64,000 nt of DNA from Oculina patagonica (taxonomy: Eukaryota), in NCBI RefSeq assembly GCF_052425735.1, contig NC_135759.1, forward strand, positions 3,162,001-3,226,000, given 5' to 3'. Shown one piece after another: positions 1 to 13,223 of this stretch. Made by a program: the position numbers and the translations under genes. The notes under the pieces were generated by a model that was not told where the DNA came from, did no database searches, and saw nothing but the letters and a program-made list of their open reading frames with translations. How positions within the stretch are numbered: position 1 is the first letter of the stretch; each line of letters opens with the position of its first letter.

Positions 1-314
1 ATTTTTTTTGTAGTGTAGAGGAATTGGAGGCTAGGTGGCCGTACCCAACCCCCTCTCCTGTGCACACCCCCGCCTGAACACTAGTTCTTTTGAAATAGCT
101 GCTTGTTGAAATAGCTGCTTGTTCAAATGGTTTCGGCGAGTCTTCAAAAAATCAATATCTTTAGGCGTGGTTTGATCCCTCACAGTAAATAACGGTTGCA
201 TCTTCCTTTAGATGTTCAAAGATAATGATTTCCATGGGTAAAGTTGCCTACCACTAATCTCAGAGCAGTTTGGATCAAAAATCTGCTAAAACCTCGTGAC
301 GTAACCCCTTTCAC

Positions 315-721
315 CAGGGGCACCCAACAGACCGTTTCGGTGAATATCTGTTCGGAAGACCTATAATCGCCTACGAATTTCGGATTAAAGTGTGATGAAA
401 AAACTGGACATTTCTTTAGCTCAAACTTTCATGACAAGGACAAAGTTAAGCCTGTTGTTTTCGGAGAGAGGAAAATGTCGTTTTGGGTACGTAAAAAGAC
501 CAGCTACGATTTTCGAGAAGGCAACAGTGGCTCGTAAATTCGGTTAATGATATTTCGTTCCCTAAAATTTTCTGAAGTTTGAAAGTTCAGCTAGCGTATC
601 CGAAAAGATACGCTTTTCTTAGCGTTTAAAAATAAGGCTTTAAATCGCACAAAAATGACACCTATAACGTAAAAACGATGTTCCGACACCTATAGTAAAA
701 CTGTCTCGTTGGATGCCCCTG
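315..721. mobile_element. MITE-like non-autonomous DNA transposon
   Basis: Terminal inverted repeats caggggcacccaac (315) / gttggatgcccctg (721); no coding capacity. Confidence 0.6.
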
Positions 722-1106
722 ATTAACAACTGGTTCATGCTTTAGCGTGCACTATCGAGTTATGGAACAGGCGGGAAGTTTGGAGAGCACGAAAGTAGGG
801 TTAGAGTTGCTCGAGGCAATAGCCGCGATCAAGTCTAGCTTCTTGAGTGCTCTCCAAACTTCCCAAGTGCACCATATCTCGATAGTGCACAGCTAAAAGC
901 ATGAACTAATTTAATTGTTTTATAACATTGCGGGTGGAAATGTAGTTTTAAACCCCGCCCCAAAAACTCGCGCGAGAGAAAAATATTTGGCAGTGATTTG
1001 CTCTCGCCATGCTCAGGCTGTCAGCGTGCACTTTTTGGATCTTTTCCATGCTCACGTGATATACTGAATTTGATTGCGCGGCTCTGCTAGCTATGTTATA
1101 AAGTGA

Positions 1107-1196
1107 ATTGATTGATTGATTGATTGATTGATTGATGAGTTGATGGGTTGATTGGATGATTGCCCAATTAACTTATCGATTGACTAACTGACTGAC

Positions 1197-1246
<50 letters not shown>

Positions 1247-1258
1247 ATTGATTGATTG
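1107..1258. repeat. (GATT)n / (GACT)n tetranucleotide microsatellite
   Basis: Directly visible; accounts for the QSIN repeat in ORF 1205..1408. Confidence 0.95.
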
Positions 1259-1685
1259 TTTACGATCAATTCTAATGCCTTGAAAACCATCTCTGAAAAT
1301 ATTTTCAGTCCAAAAGCCTATGGTAGTAAATTTGCAAAATTCCCAAAGTTTCAAATATCCAGGATTTGGAGTGATTTCTTTTAAATGAGAGAAATTTTCA
1401 TTCAGCAAATGCCGCCATGTTCACTGGCTTGGATGGCAAACGTGGCATGGCTTCGTAGCCAAACCTTCAGATGGCATATTCACCGCCTAGCGCGAGTCCG
1501 AGCTTTTCGACCAATTAGAATTGAATTCACCTCTGGAAATTATACTAACAGGAAATATAACTTAATCGCTAGCCATGTAGTCATTCTTTCACAACGTTCT
1601 GAATACAAAATGCAACTTATAAAAATGTCCTTGTTGTTTTGTTACACTCATGTAAGATTGTTTTTATTATATTAGCCGTTCTTAC

Positions 1686-2795
1686 TCTGCATCAACCAAA
1701 GGCATGTAATACCACATCCCGGCCGCTTTATTCTTGATAAATTCTGGCAGCGGAAAGATCACGTGATTGGATGCGTCTGTGACGATGATGTTCAGCGGAT
1801 ACTTAGTTTGCTCAGCACAGCCCCATCTGCTGTTATACACCTCGTTGCTTTTACATCTGTGTGAAGCAATTAACACGAGAAAAATCGTGAAGATTGAAGC
1901 TCTCCGTATATTTCAAGAAAGTACACAACCTAAATTAATAAAATGATCGGCAAAGAGAAACTGTGCCATTGTTAGCTTATTAGAGAGATTTTCGATTGAG
2001 TGTCATGCAACCCAAAACCAAAGAATTAAAATCCCCCTGGTCAATAAGAAAAGGACGTAGATAATCCCGTTCGCAGACCGGTGGAGTACGCCTTATAGTG
2101 AAATAAACGCAGGGAGGGGGGGGGGGGGGGGGAGCAATGACAATGAAACTTAGAAGACATAATTGAAAATGTCAGAAAACTGGCCAAAATTACTGAAAAG
2201 TACTCAGGGTCAATTAAACGGCGCAAAACATTAATAGGTGAAAATAACTGTAGAGCAGTTAATTTTCATTAATAGAGACACAAAAATTGCAAATTTGGGA
2301 AAAAATGTCTGTCAAAGTGCCGTTCCTATGGTAATGTCAAGTTCCCGAGACAACAACCTGTCCTAACAAATTATTCCCAGATAAATTTTAGACAAAGTCG
2401 CAAAGTTTGGCAGCGTTTGGTTGAATCTTAAAAAAAATAATAAGAAGCGTTCAAATTCAGCGCCCCCCTCCCCCCCCCCCCCCCTGTGTATTGAAAGCAG
2501 AGAAAAAGTGTAGCTTTTCTGTCAAAAATTCGCTATCGGGTCAGAGCTTTGGTGTTTAACATAATGCTAAAGGGGGTGGGGGATCACAGGCTAAAAAAGT
2601 AAGGACTTTGTAAATAAAAGAAATCAATTACATGGATCTCCTTTTACCTAATGTCGCCCGAAACATATTTCAGTTTCAGCGCAGAAACCAGCTTACTCTC
2701 GCCGTGGTATGAGAGGTGGCCATAACCATCATCTCTTGGCTTTACGCAGACTGGGACAGCCACACTGATCTGCTTCCACCCGCCGTGAGATGGAT
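1686..2795 (-). CDS. Uncharacterised Cys/Trp domain protein, paralog A (partial; exons 2795-2648 and 1856-1686)
   Basis: Two GT-AG bounded exons (148 and 171 nt) join in frame: PSHGGWKQISVAVPVCVKPRDDGYGHLSYHGESKLVSALKLKYVSGDIR|CKSNEVYNSRWGCAEQTKYPLNIIVTDASNHVIFPLPEFIKNKAAGMWYYMPLVDA. Clearly homologous to the gene at 18996-20670. The last exon is not in the window (presumably left of position 1) and the first exon was not resolved. Confidence 0.8.
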
Positions 2796-2825
2796 CTGCA
2801 AATTAAATACAAATTAAATACACGT

Positions 2826-3085
2826 AGGCAGTGTGGCCGAGTGGTTAGAGCGCCGGATTTGAAAGTCCCGTTCTGACCACTATCTGGATTTGTTCTCGGT
2901 CGTCCCGAGTTCAAATCCTCGGTCATGCTGGTAAATAGCCAACTGGTCTGCCTCCTGCCAGTTGGGATTTTTAACCTTGTTATGTTTATTTCATATATTA
3001 TATTTGTTCAGTATTTGTTTTATATACACGGCCCCACAAGCTTCTAGCTTTAAACACAAACCGTGTATAAATAAAGTTGCTTTAC
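2826..3085 (+). mobile_element. tRNA-derived SINE
   Basis: Pol III A-box-like tggccgagtggttagagc and gttcaaatcc B-box-like motif, followed by a tRNA-unrelated body and AT-rich tail; no intact cloverleaf. Confidence 0.7.
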
Positions 3086-6000
3086 CTTTTTTTTACATGT
3101 GTACAGAACAATTTTACCAGTGGCAAAATTAGTACATCGGATTGGTGCAAAACGAGTGTCTTACATTTGCAGTGCTTTTTAAAAGTCAGAGGCGGCGAAG
3201 CGTTCTGAAATGTGGAGGTCCTATCGTATTCTAAGCCAAGCGCATACATCTCGCCTCCGGTGAAAAAATTTCAAATTTTCCAAAATGTCTTTAACGGTGA
3301 CTGGTGTGTCCGTAATGGATTTTTGACAATGCATAACTAGTGAGTTCAGACGATCCTGCTTGATGGTGCTTTTTAGTTGGGTTGCTCTTTAGACGTCGTA
3401 GGGCAGAGAATGTACTCGCTGAACTGCTGAAGTCACCGATGCCACAGGTAATGTCAAATACAAACTTAACAGATTGCATGCGTTCTGCACCATATTATCC
3501 CGCCAAGCACATTGGGGGGAAGGGCTACAGCTCCTAATGCCCCCCTGTCCCTGCTCCGCCACCTATGAAATTGATCTTTCAGTTCTTTATAGTGATTTTA
3601 ACCGAATTTTATATCTCCTGTTTACTTTTGGCAGGCGTACAACCTAATTTCGTGAAAACTAGACTAGAGAAGCAGTCCATCCTTTTTTCTAAGTATGTAC
3701 GCGTGAAGGAAGAAAAAAAAAGAAAATCAAACAAAAAAAAAAAGCCCGGATGAAAAAATGGCCATGGAAATCTGGGGTCGCGCATCTCGTCCCCAGATTT
3801 CCCACGGCCATTTTTCCTCCCGCGCTTTTTTCGCTCCATACAACAAACTACAAGAAGGCGTGACTGCTGATTGTCTTTGTGAACACTGACATACACTGTT
3901 GGAAACATCATTTTTTTAAAGTTGTGAACGTTTGCCCTATTATAGTAATAAAATATCTTTTACTTCCAATTTAGAGCTTTTCAAATAACACGTGTATGTA
4001 TGGGGTTTTGACCCGCGGACTGAACTTCCAAATTAATAAGTGAGGTATGCCGCTGGCACCTAAAAAACCGCAAATTTGCCAAAACAAATGCAAATAGTTT
4101 TATATTTTTACACGTTCATTAAGAATCAGGTTAAACCTGGGGAAAACTCATACATTTTTTTGATGCGACACAGCTATAGAAACTACGCGCAAAAATGATA
4201 AAAGAGGGACTTCGATAGTTTCCCCTTGCGTCATACTGACTCGAGAAAGCAAACACAGTCTCAGTAAGCATTTAGTTATTTTACTTCGAGTCGGCCTAAA
4301 TTGCGTTTGTATGTGACAATAATAAAAAATTGGGGTTCCGAGAATATATTAATTTTTCAATATTCCTAGAAAAAGAAAATATTTTTTTTATATTACGTAA
4401 ACATAAAGAAATTATTGTGAACCTAATAATCACATATTTTGGGGCTCAAGATTGTTACTAGTGTTACGGCGTTGTTATAAAAACGAAACGCGTTTCACAG
4501 AACTAGAAACAACGATCGATCTGTGAAATTTCCAAAGCCTGTAACTGAAAGATTACTTGAGTTTATAACTAGTCTCAAATTAAAAATAACGAAAAACAAA
4601 ATTTAGTCATCACTAGATTCATATTCATAAATGATTGCTTTATCCGCGACTTCATTAGGACCACATTTAGATGGATTCAAGGTTAGGTTAGTTAATTGTA
4701 TATTTCCCTTATTAAGTAAACTGTTGCTGAACAGTTGAAGTTGCAATTGACTTGAATCTTATTTTCTCTCATGATGTTTTTATTTTCGTTAATTTCGTAC
4801 AAGAATCTATCCTCAAAGAGATAAATGGGATAAAAAAAAAAAAAGCATAATTAAAAAGAGAATATTTACATCGATCAATCGTTATAAGAAAGTGGTAGAA
4901 TTTCGGAACGAACCTTTCCCATAAGTCTAGAATGCCGCCAATTAAATTAAGGGTTGGCCATGGGTGATAAAACCGTCTTGCTTGTGGATAATATTCCGTA
5001 GAATAACAAAATGCATATTCTTGTTTCCTGATTTGAAAGCACTTATTTCCTGATGATATTTACCATTGGGCACAAATCAGTTAATGTTCTGTTTTATGCA
5101 GTTAGCCCAGAGGCTTATCTCACTGAAACCACCCTAAGACTTGTAATATTATCCAATAAGATTATTTGCAACCTCAGAATAAGAAAGCAGTAATATCTAG
5201 GCTATATACTGACGTAGGAACATTTTCTTGGCAAAAACTAAGTAATGTGTACAAGTTAACCTATACATACTCTCTTTCAAATATTTCTATGATCTTTGCC
5301 TTTCTTTAGCATGCCAGGAATTTTAATAGCAAAATACTTCTCTCCTGCCCAGATTTTTTTCGCTTAGCTCATGTGCGATGCTTTAGAAAAAAGAACGTGT
5401 CTTACCACAAAAGCCATAAAACCGCCGTACGTTAATACAACTAACAACGTACCCTTTGCCAGCACACTGCCAACAAAAACGAACAAAATGACTTGCAAAA
5501 TCATTCTGTTGTTTTCTTATCTGCGGGAATTTCCTTGAGATTATACTTCAGAAGTCTTCTGGATTCAGCTAGGATCTCTGTAGTGCAATACTTTGTGGAA
5601 GTGACTTTTATAACCACTGAAAAGACTTTAAATTAGTAAAGTAAACTTTTGTTAGCTCGCACGTACGCAATATAACTTATATACACAAAAACTGACGTGT
5701 TTTGTCATTGAAACTAAAATAATTGCTGACATATTTGATTTTGAAACAAAGATGCTGACAGAATAACTTTTCACCATAGCGATAGAGTCGAAATGTATAC
5801 AATTTGCTACCTATGTGTACCTAATGTTTATTTCCATCGTAACGCTTATTAGACTCGGTTTCAAAACGAGGCCTGGTGCAAAACCATTTTTATTGAAAAT
5901 GGGAAGAGAGGAAAAAGCGTCCTAGGGAGTAGGAGTGAAGCTGAATAGCGAGTGAGGGGGAGGGGAAGGGAATTCCTCTCGCTCCCCACTCTCTTTCTCT

Positions 6001-6275
6001 CGTCTCAGCCCTCTAGGTTTGCCACTCCAACACTCGCCCATCAAACACGCCAGTATTTGGGCTATGTGCAAATGACTACTTATACTAGATTAATTTTTAA
6101 TTATGTGTAGCCGTTTTTCTTCCTTTTTTGTATCCGTTTCATGTACTGTATTGGTAATTTTGTACCTAATGTCGCAGGTCTCTGTATGTGTCGTTTGCTT
6201 TTTCGTCTCCTCCTGCATTTATGAGGTTTGCTATTTGGGGGCTTTTACCTTTTATTAACTCCAAAGTAGCCATTG

Positions 6276-6410
6276 NNNNNNNNNNNNNNNNNNNNNNNNN
6301 NNNNNNNNNNNNNNNNNNNNNNNNNNNNNNNNNNNNNNNNNNNNNNNNNNNNNNNNNNNNNNNNNNNNNNNNNNNNNNNNNNNNNNNNNNNNNNNNNNNN
6401 NNNNNNNNNN
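6276..6410. other. Assembly gap (135 N)
   Basis: Run of N. Confidence 1.
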
Positions 6411-6889
6411 TCATCGTCATCAACACAGTACAACTTGTCAAGAAAGAATGAAATATACTAAAAATACTTGCAGCTGCCGGTGAGCTAAGCATCCAAGTTT
6501 TTGGGAATATGCAAGGGAGGAACAACATACTTTATCCGCAAATGAATTAAACGAGCTGTGGCAGTCATCGTATCTTAAGTCAGTGGCAAAAAACGAGGGC
6601 ATTTAACAAATCGACCACATTTTTCCATGGTCTACACTTTGGACCTTTTTGACATTTCGGGAGAGTCTCGGGGTATTAATTGATGCGGACACATTTTGTT
6701 GTGTACATAAATGTTTCCCCGTTTGCCGACGCGCTCAACATTTGTTGCAGAGACAAAATTTATGTCCGAGACGCAAATTAATTAAAAAAAGATTCTGATT
6801 TTGCAGAAAATATTTTGAGTCCGCAACAAATGTTTCCCTGTTTGCACATGGAAACAAAACAGTTGTTTCGTGTCCCGCTCGTTTGCTCA

Positions 6890-7148
6890 TCCGGAGAAGA
6901 AACTGGAGAGGGATTGGTCACACTTTCATGAAGCCTGCTAGCTGCCAGTAAAATCACCCGCCTGTCCCTTGTCCTCAGGAGGAAAGGCAGACCAAAGGAG
7001 TCTTGGAAGAGGAAAATCCAGCAAGAATATGGGGACTTGGGAATGTTATGGGAACAAGTGAAACGGAAAGCAAAATACTGGGTGCGATGAAAGGCTGCAG
7101 TATGCTCCGGCTGTAACGAAGAAGATAGTAAGTCAGTAAGTAAGTCAG
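6890..7148 (+). mobile_element. 3' end of a degenerate RTE-clade LINE
   Basis: Translates GRPKESWKRKIQQEYGDLGMLWEQVKRKAKYWVR*KAA, resembling the RTE C-terminal GRP..W...W motif; ends in a short taag/tcag tail. A partial homologous copy lies at 13224-13356. Confidence 0.7.
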
Positions 7149-9953
7149 GGGGAGTTGGAAGTAGCTCAAATTGAAAATCAAATATGATCAAGTTCTCTTG
7201 ATTTCTGCAAAGATGTCAAAGATGGCTTTCAGATATTTGAAACTCTCTGTATAGTTTGTAAAATCAAGAAATGTCTGGAGCGAGATTGATTTTTGTCGAT
7301 TAATTTCCGATTCCTGATGTCCGATTCCTGAATGCTCAAATCTATTGAAATAAAAATAACGAAAATTTGGATTTGATCCTTGAAAATGAAAACATAAAAA
7401 AATCCGGAATTTAATTCTAACGAATTCGTGGAAGCGTCATTCGCCCTTGATTAGTAAAAACTGTTATAAAAACGCTATCTTCAGTCGAAGAAAAACGACT
7501 TTTTTGAACCTTTGTATTTAACCGCGTTTGATCTTTCTCAATCTAAGCCATTTAATTTCCCTGTATCTGATTATTTACATTTGATTACCATAGCGTTTGT
7601 AGAATATCCTTTGATCCTTATTTCATTTCGTAAGCTGAAAAATGGCGAGCGCATTTAATCTTTTATGCCGCCTTTAAGCTTCGCATCTTAGTGGGACTTT
7701 TAAGTTAATTTGTGTAAAGGTTTCATGTTATCTCTCCACTAAAACGTCAAACCTGAGATAACTACAAAATAAACAAGTAAATATGTCAAATTGTATTCGT
7801 TAAAGGCAACTAAAAAGTTTATTTTCCGCCGTGCTAAGTATACTGATAAATAGTAAAAATGGTCTGCTTATTCCATAAAAAACCCTGAGATTTGTCGAAT
7901 AAACGACAATATAAAAATACAATTAACTTTGAAGTTGCAGCAACTCAGATAGGCCAAAACTAAATTAAAAAGATTTGGCAAAATGATAAGTTAACGGATC
8001 TTCAGTTTTAAAAATTCACCAAACCGTCTGGCCTATATTATTTCTTTCAAACTTGCTTCTTAGCGCTTTTTCCTCTTTTTTTCCGATATGATTCTACATT
8101 AGGTCAATAGTTAAAATATGTATTTGCCTCCTTCGCGCGTCCGTGTTTTCGCTGTTAGAAATCTAATTTTAACTTTATTTTTCAAGTGTTTTTATATCGA
8201 ATTGGCTGCGGGGAAAATATACAGTCTAAACATAACCTCAAGATCGCGACATTTATGACATCAGTAAATCAAAAAGTAAATAAATGCCAATTAATTTTCT
8301 TCGGAAAAAAAATGAAACAATATGGTTTTTAGTAGCTGCGTACACAAAGCTGGCTTTTCTCCAGTTTTCCTTTTCTTCTTAACCCGCACTTGCAAACACA
8401 CAACTTCACAAATTCCATTTAGCTGTAATCCGTAAAATCCTTCGTAAGCCCCCCTTTTTTCATCCTGTGTCTTTTATCGATCCCGCAGTGTTTTATCGCA
8501 TCCGTTACTTCTTTGGAGGATAAATTGATAGCTTGAGGTTCTATGCACGCTCGTGTTTCGCCGGAGCTAAATGGCACCTTTTGGCACCAACAAAAAGCAC
8601 CTTTTGTGTACATAACCAACCAATTATTCTCTCTCAATCCATAAAGGTACGCGCACCGCTTCTCAAGTTGCCAAAAAGGCGATGTCTTCAACGCACTGAG
8701 CTTACTTGCTGTGTCGCGCGCGCTGCGTTAGTGTTTTCGCCAGTAGGACGAACATTCTAAACGGAGCAACTTTATAACGCCGTTTTTGTGGAATTGCAGG
8801 TAGTGTATGGTACTAGATAATTCTTGTCTTTCATATACATTTCCTTTTCATTCTCTTACCAGCAAAATCTGCCACGTACACGCTTAAATTATTTTTATCA
8901 CAAAAACAAATATCAAATAAAATCGTATCGAACTTACCAGCGTTTAGTGACTATATGCTTTCGATTTTTGTTTTGCTTTTTATTTCTTAAAGAAAACTTT
9001 TAGCTGTGAGTAATTTTCTTTATTTCCGAATAAATTATCAAGAAAAAAAATAAGAGCATTTTTAGAATGAAACGAAATCACTTGACGTTACCATATCAAT
9101 ATTTAGATGCGAATCCATGATCTAATTTCACTGAAGATCTAGTTATTTTTAAATGACATTTAGCGGACCATTTTCCTTATTTTCTGATCATAAAAATGGG
9201 GATTGTAAGATGAAACTAAATCGCTTGTCGCTTGTACATTTAGATTCGCATGCGCCTCATGTTCTAGTAATACAAAAACCTTCTTTTGCTCCTGTTCAAC
9301 TTCATTGAATTAAGTCGGCAGTTTTTTTAAGATGAAATTTAGATGAGGAAATTTCCTTTTTACTGATGAGATGTCGCGTTCCGTGCCTCGGGCCGGAGAT
9401 TGTTGGCGGTGGGGAGAAAATTTGCGGAAAGCCGCAGATATTTATTTAACAACACAACCTTTTACCTTTGACGCAATGTTAATTTTGTATAATACTGATC
9501 GATCAGTTTTCACGCAATGTTGTTAACATTTATACATTTACAGTATTTCTAATTACGTGTCAAAAACAAATTTAATAACATCCCCAATTTTGAGTAGCTA
9601 CTGATCAAATTTCGATAAACGTTGCGCCCCTCCACTTTTCTCGTTTTAATTAAGCAAGCCTACTTTTCGGTGAGATTGCAAAACGGAAGCGAGGGATTCA
9701 GCTAATTAAAATTACTTTTTCATGTGTAGGAAAGAACTGTGACCCGTCTGAAAGTTGAATTCGTCATTTAATTCACGAAACGTAAACTAATTTATAATCA
9801 AGTAAATAAAAAGCTTTTAAAACGCTAAGATAACAATACCCTTTAATCTTTCAACCAAACACCGCACCAAATTTAAAGCTTTAAGCTGAATTTAGAATAA
9901 AATCATTTCTACAGATAAAAAGAATAAGATTCCGCGTAGGGTTAATTAGAATA

Positions 9954-10490
9954 CAATAGACCCTTCCACGGTTTCTGCCGCCATCTTAGTAAGGGGCAAA
10001 CACAGGAAATTTCACAGTAAATGTATGGGAAAATGAAGAATCTAATGTCGAATAATTAACGGAAAATTCTAATTCCGAAATATTTTTGAATTACAAACTC
10101 AAGATACCGGGTAAACAAGTTTATTGGTAATTTTGGGAATGTAGTCTCGCAAGGAAAGCCGCAAATACTTTTTTTTTCATTTTTACATACATTTGTCTGA
10201 AAAACGAGCCGCCATTTGCGCGGAAAAACATAAGCATTTGTATGAAAAAAAACAACAACTAAAAAATGCGATTTTTCGCTTCCCAGCGTAGCTGTGCCCT
10301 TCAAAATTCATCAATAAAATCTTTTGCTAGCTATCTTTACCTTGTAATTCATAGGAATTGCAGAATGTTAATTTTCTTTGTTATTGGGCATCGAACTCCT
10401 CGCTTTTCCTTTTCCCACACATTTACTGTAAATTTTGCCGTGTTTGCCCCCCAACCAAGATGGCGGCAGAAATTGTGGAAGAGTCTATTG
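9954..10490. mobile_element. MITE specific to GPCR unit 1
   Basis: Imperfect long TIRs caatagacccttccacggtttctgccgccatctt / aagatggcggcagaaattgtggaagagtctattg; absent at the homologous site (~16135) in unit 2. Confidence 0.75.
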
Positions 10491-10873
10491 AGTGAACTTA
10501 AATAAACTCAAAAAGGTAAAAAGACTAAAATAAGGTGTTGGAAGAAAAGGCAAACATGCACAATAGTTTTTTTGTGGAACAAAGCATGTTTAAATAATGC
10601 ATCAGTCAGTGATCATGACGAACATTGTCAAGAAACAAAATTGTAAAAAAATAATCACAGATAACTTTGATTTTAGCATACACGTATTTGTTAATTTGTC
10701 GTTTTCTCAAACATGATGGTAAAGCAAGTGAAAAATATACTTTCTGAAAGTGGTTCCAGATACAAAGTTAATTGTTAATTAAATTGTAAATTGTTTAAAC
10801 CTTCAACTTTAACAAGAATGTAACCCATTGTTTGCACTCCTTGCCTGCAGATCTTGCAAGAAAAGTGATAGTG

Positions 10874-13031
10874 ATGGGCGAGTTTGAAACGCTTTATAAT
10901 GGTAAGTCTACTGTTAATAAAAAAAACAACATTATGCCCGAGAATTATAAAATAAAAATGACACGAACGGTAGCCCTACAAGTCTATTGCGAACCTGTGA
11001 ATTTGATTACTTTAATTTAGTACCATCGTTACGTTGACTAGAGGAGCAAAATAATCATTAAAACCGTGCACAGATATTTGTCCGTCAGGTGGACATATTT
11101 CTTCCTAGAAGTGGAAAGTTTTTCGAGAACGAAGTTCGTAGAAAACCGTTTTTTCTAGGACCATCTGCGACATCTCTGCACATTTTTCCGCTAAATGGCG
11201 TTGAAATACCTCTCTGTTTGGGAGATCTCTGAGAAGCTTCAAAACGTCAAAATAATTTTTAAGACTTCTTGCCAGTCTGTTCAAAACACGCAGCTCGCTT
11301 CAGCTGAAAATTGAAGATGCGAACGTGAAACGCAACGTTTGAAGTTAGGGGATATCGCGTAGAAATTATGTCCGAATATACTCCAGTTTTGGCTGGACTA
11401 AACTGGATCTTGTGTTGCGTTTAAAACGCCAAGCGCGAAGAAAGAATATTCAATGGGTACATAGACACTAATATTTGAGATTTACAAACGGCTTTAATTG
11501 GTGACAGATGAGAGATATATATACTTAAATATTTTTTTTCGTTAAATTTGTCTATACTCCCTCCAAACTATCCCTCAAGTTATCCTAGACGCTCTCTTTG
11601 CGCGCCTGGGTTCAGCCCCCAAAAAGAACACGCGGAAGAGAGTTCAGGGACTGGACTACCAGAAGAGAAAATTTGTGTTATATCGTCCTTTAGGTGTTCA
11701 AAGATAATGTTTTTTTTTTATGGGTTGAGTTGCCTACCACTAATTTTAGAACAGTTTAGACTAAACATCTGCGAAATCCCCGTGACATGAATACCACGCA
11801 GGCCTGAGACTCTATCAAACAGGTTATTTATTCTTCTCCTATGTCATTTCAAATTCTTAACTTCTTTTAATGGTTTGCAAATTTCAAGTAGTCTGACAAT
11901 GAAAACCAGCAACACAATAATTCTTTGTTAAAAGACTTAGATGCTAAATAGTGGTTGATATTTAGTCATTAGTAATATCGTATCGTTAACCTAAAATATT
12001 TGACTCTTTTCTTTGTTTAACAAGGTTCTAATGGAAGTGTTGGCAACCACAGCGAGCTCTTGCAAATTCGAATTCCCCTGAATCTTCAGATTGGTATGAC
12101 GCTTGCCTACGTCATCATCTTCATCATCTCGCTGGTTGGAAACCTACTGTTGATTTACGTCACTTTCAAAACACCTTATCTGAGGACAACCACAAATCTA
12201 TTGGTGGCTAACATGGCAGTGGCCGACTTGATGATAACGTTCTTCGCCATGCCTTACTGCGTCATGTACTTGTTTCTACAGAACATTTGGATATCTGGGA
12301 TAATCGGCAATGTCACGTGCAAAATCATGCAATATTTGCTGGCCTTGTCAATCGCTGCTTCGATTCTCACTCACGTCCTAATCGCAGTCGATCGCTTCTT
12401 TTGCATTGTGCTTCCTTTCAAACCCCGCACTTTTATCAAAAATTCGAAAATAAGCTATTCCTTTATTTGGTGCAACTCTTTCGTTCTTATGAGCCCTTAT
12501 CTGGTGGTATACGGAAGCGTGCCGATTCCAGACGGAAACAGTTATTGTACAGTAAAGTTCGAGTACATGTTCACCCTGCAGATTTATTTTTGCCTCGTTT
12601 TTATACTTCTCTACATAATCCCATTGCTGTTCATTGCAACATTGTATACATTTGTTTGCCGAAGGCTTTGGAAGCACAAAAGGCCAGGCATTCGCTCAAG
12701 TACGTCAGTTCAAAGGAGGGAAGTCCATAACAGGAAAACTGTCAAGATGCTCATCATACTCGTGATTGCCTTTGCACTATGTTGGCTTCCTGCACACGTC
12801 ATACATCTGATGACATACTTCTGGTACGACCAAGTCCTGCCTCACGTGGTCATCCTTCTGTCATTCTGGGCTTGTCATTCACACAGTGCAATCAACCCGC
12901 TTCTGGTAGTCTTTCTGGGTGGATCGTATCGAAAGGCATTTCGAGAAATAGTTGCAAATCGCCTGCAGAAAGATGCTGTTCCGTTCCGCAAGAATACTAA
13001 AGAAACTGTCATAAAACTGGTGCCATTCTGA
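10874..13031 (+). CDS. Class A (rhodopsin-like) GPCR, neuropeptide-receptor-like, copy 1; exons 10874-10901 and 12025-13031
   Basis: Exon 1 ATG GGC GAG TTT GAA ACG CTT TAT AAT G|gtaagt (phase 1) joins acceptor ttaacaag|GT TCT AAT GGA. Seven hydrophobic segments with GN (TM1), NMAVAD (TM2), C3.25, DRF (TM3), CWLP (TM6), NP (TM7); N-terminal NGS/NHS glycosylation sequons. Confidence 0.92.
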
Positions 13032-13032
13032 G

Positions 13033-13220
13033 ATGATGGCGATGGTGATGACGACGATGACGGTGATGACGATGGTGATGACGACGATGACGATGATGAT
13101 GATGACGTGGACGATGACGACGGTGATGATGACGATGATGATGATGATAATGATGATGAAGATGATGATGATGATGACGTGGACGATGACGGCGGTGATG
13201 ATAACGGTGATGATGATGGC
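13033..13220. repeat. (GAT/GAC)n trinucleotide microsatellite directly after the GPCR stop
   Basis: Directly visible; accounts for the poly-M and poly-I ORFs. Confidence 0.95.
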
Positions 13221-13223
13221 GCT

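Larger units (their letters stand above)
7023..13223 (+). repeat. Tandem duplication unit 1 (GPCR locus)
   Basis: Collinear with 13224-~18340; aagaatatggggacttgggaatg (7023) matches aagaatatgaggtcttgggaatg (13224); homology runs through the promoter, both exons and the (GAT)n tract. Confidence 0.85.

Noticed and set aside
2826-2925. Apparent tRNA gene
   Set aside because: Pol III boxes are present but there is no cloverleaf and it continues into a SINE body.
3120-3480. Candidate first exon for paralog A
   Set aside because: Several possible donors, none giving a convincing signal peptide or homology to paralog B.
6166-6528. ORFs spanning the N run
   Set aside because: Open only because of the gap; no recognisable protein on either side.
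12287-13000. Alternative-frame ORFs overlapping the GPCR exons
   Set aside because: Shadow ORFs; the 7TM frame carries all conserved motifs.
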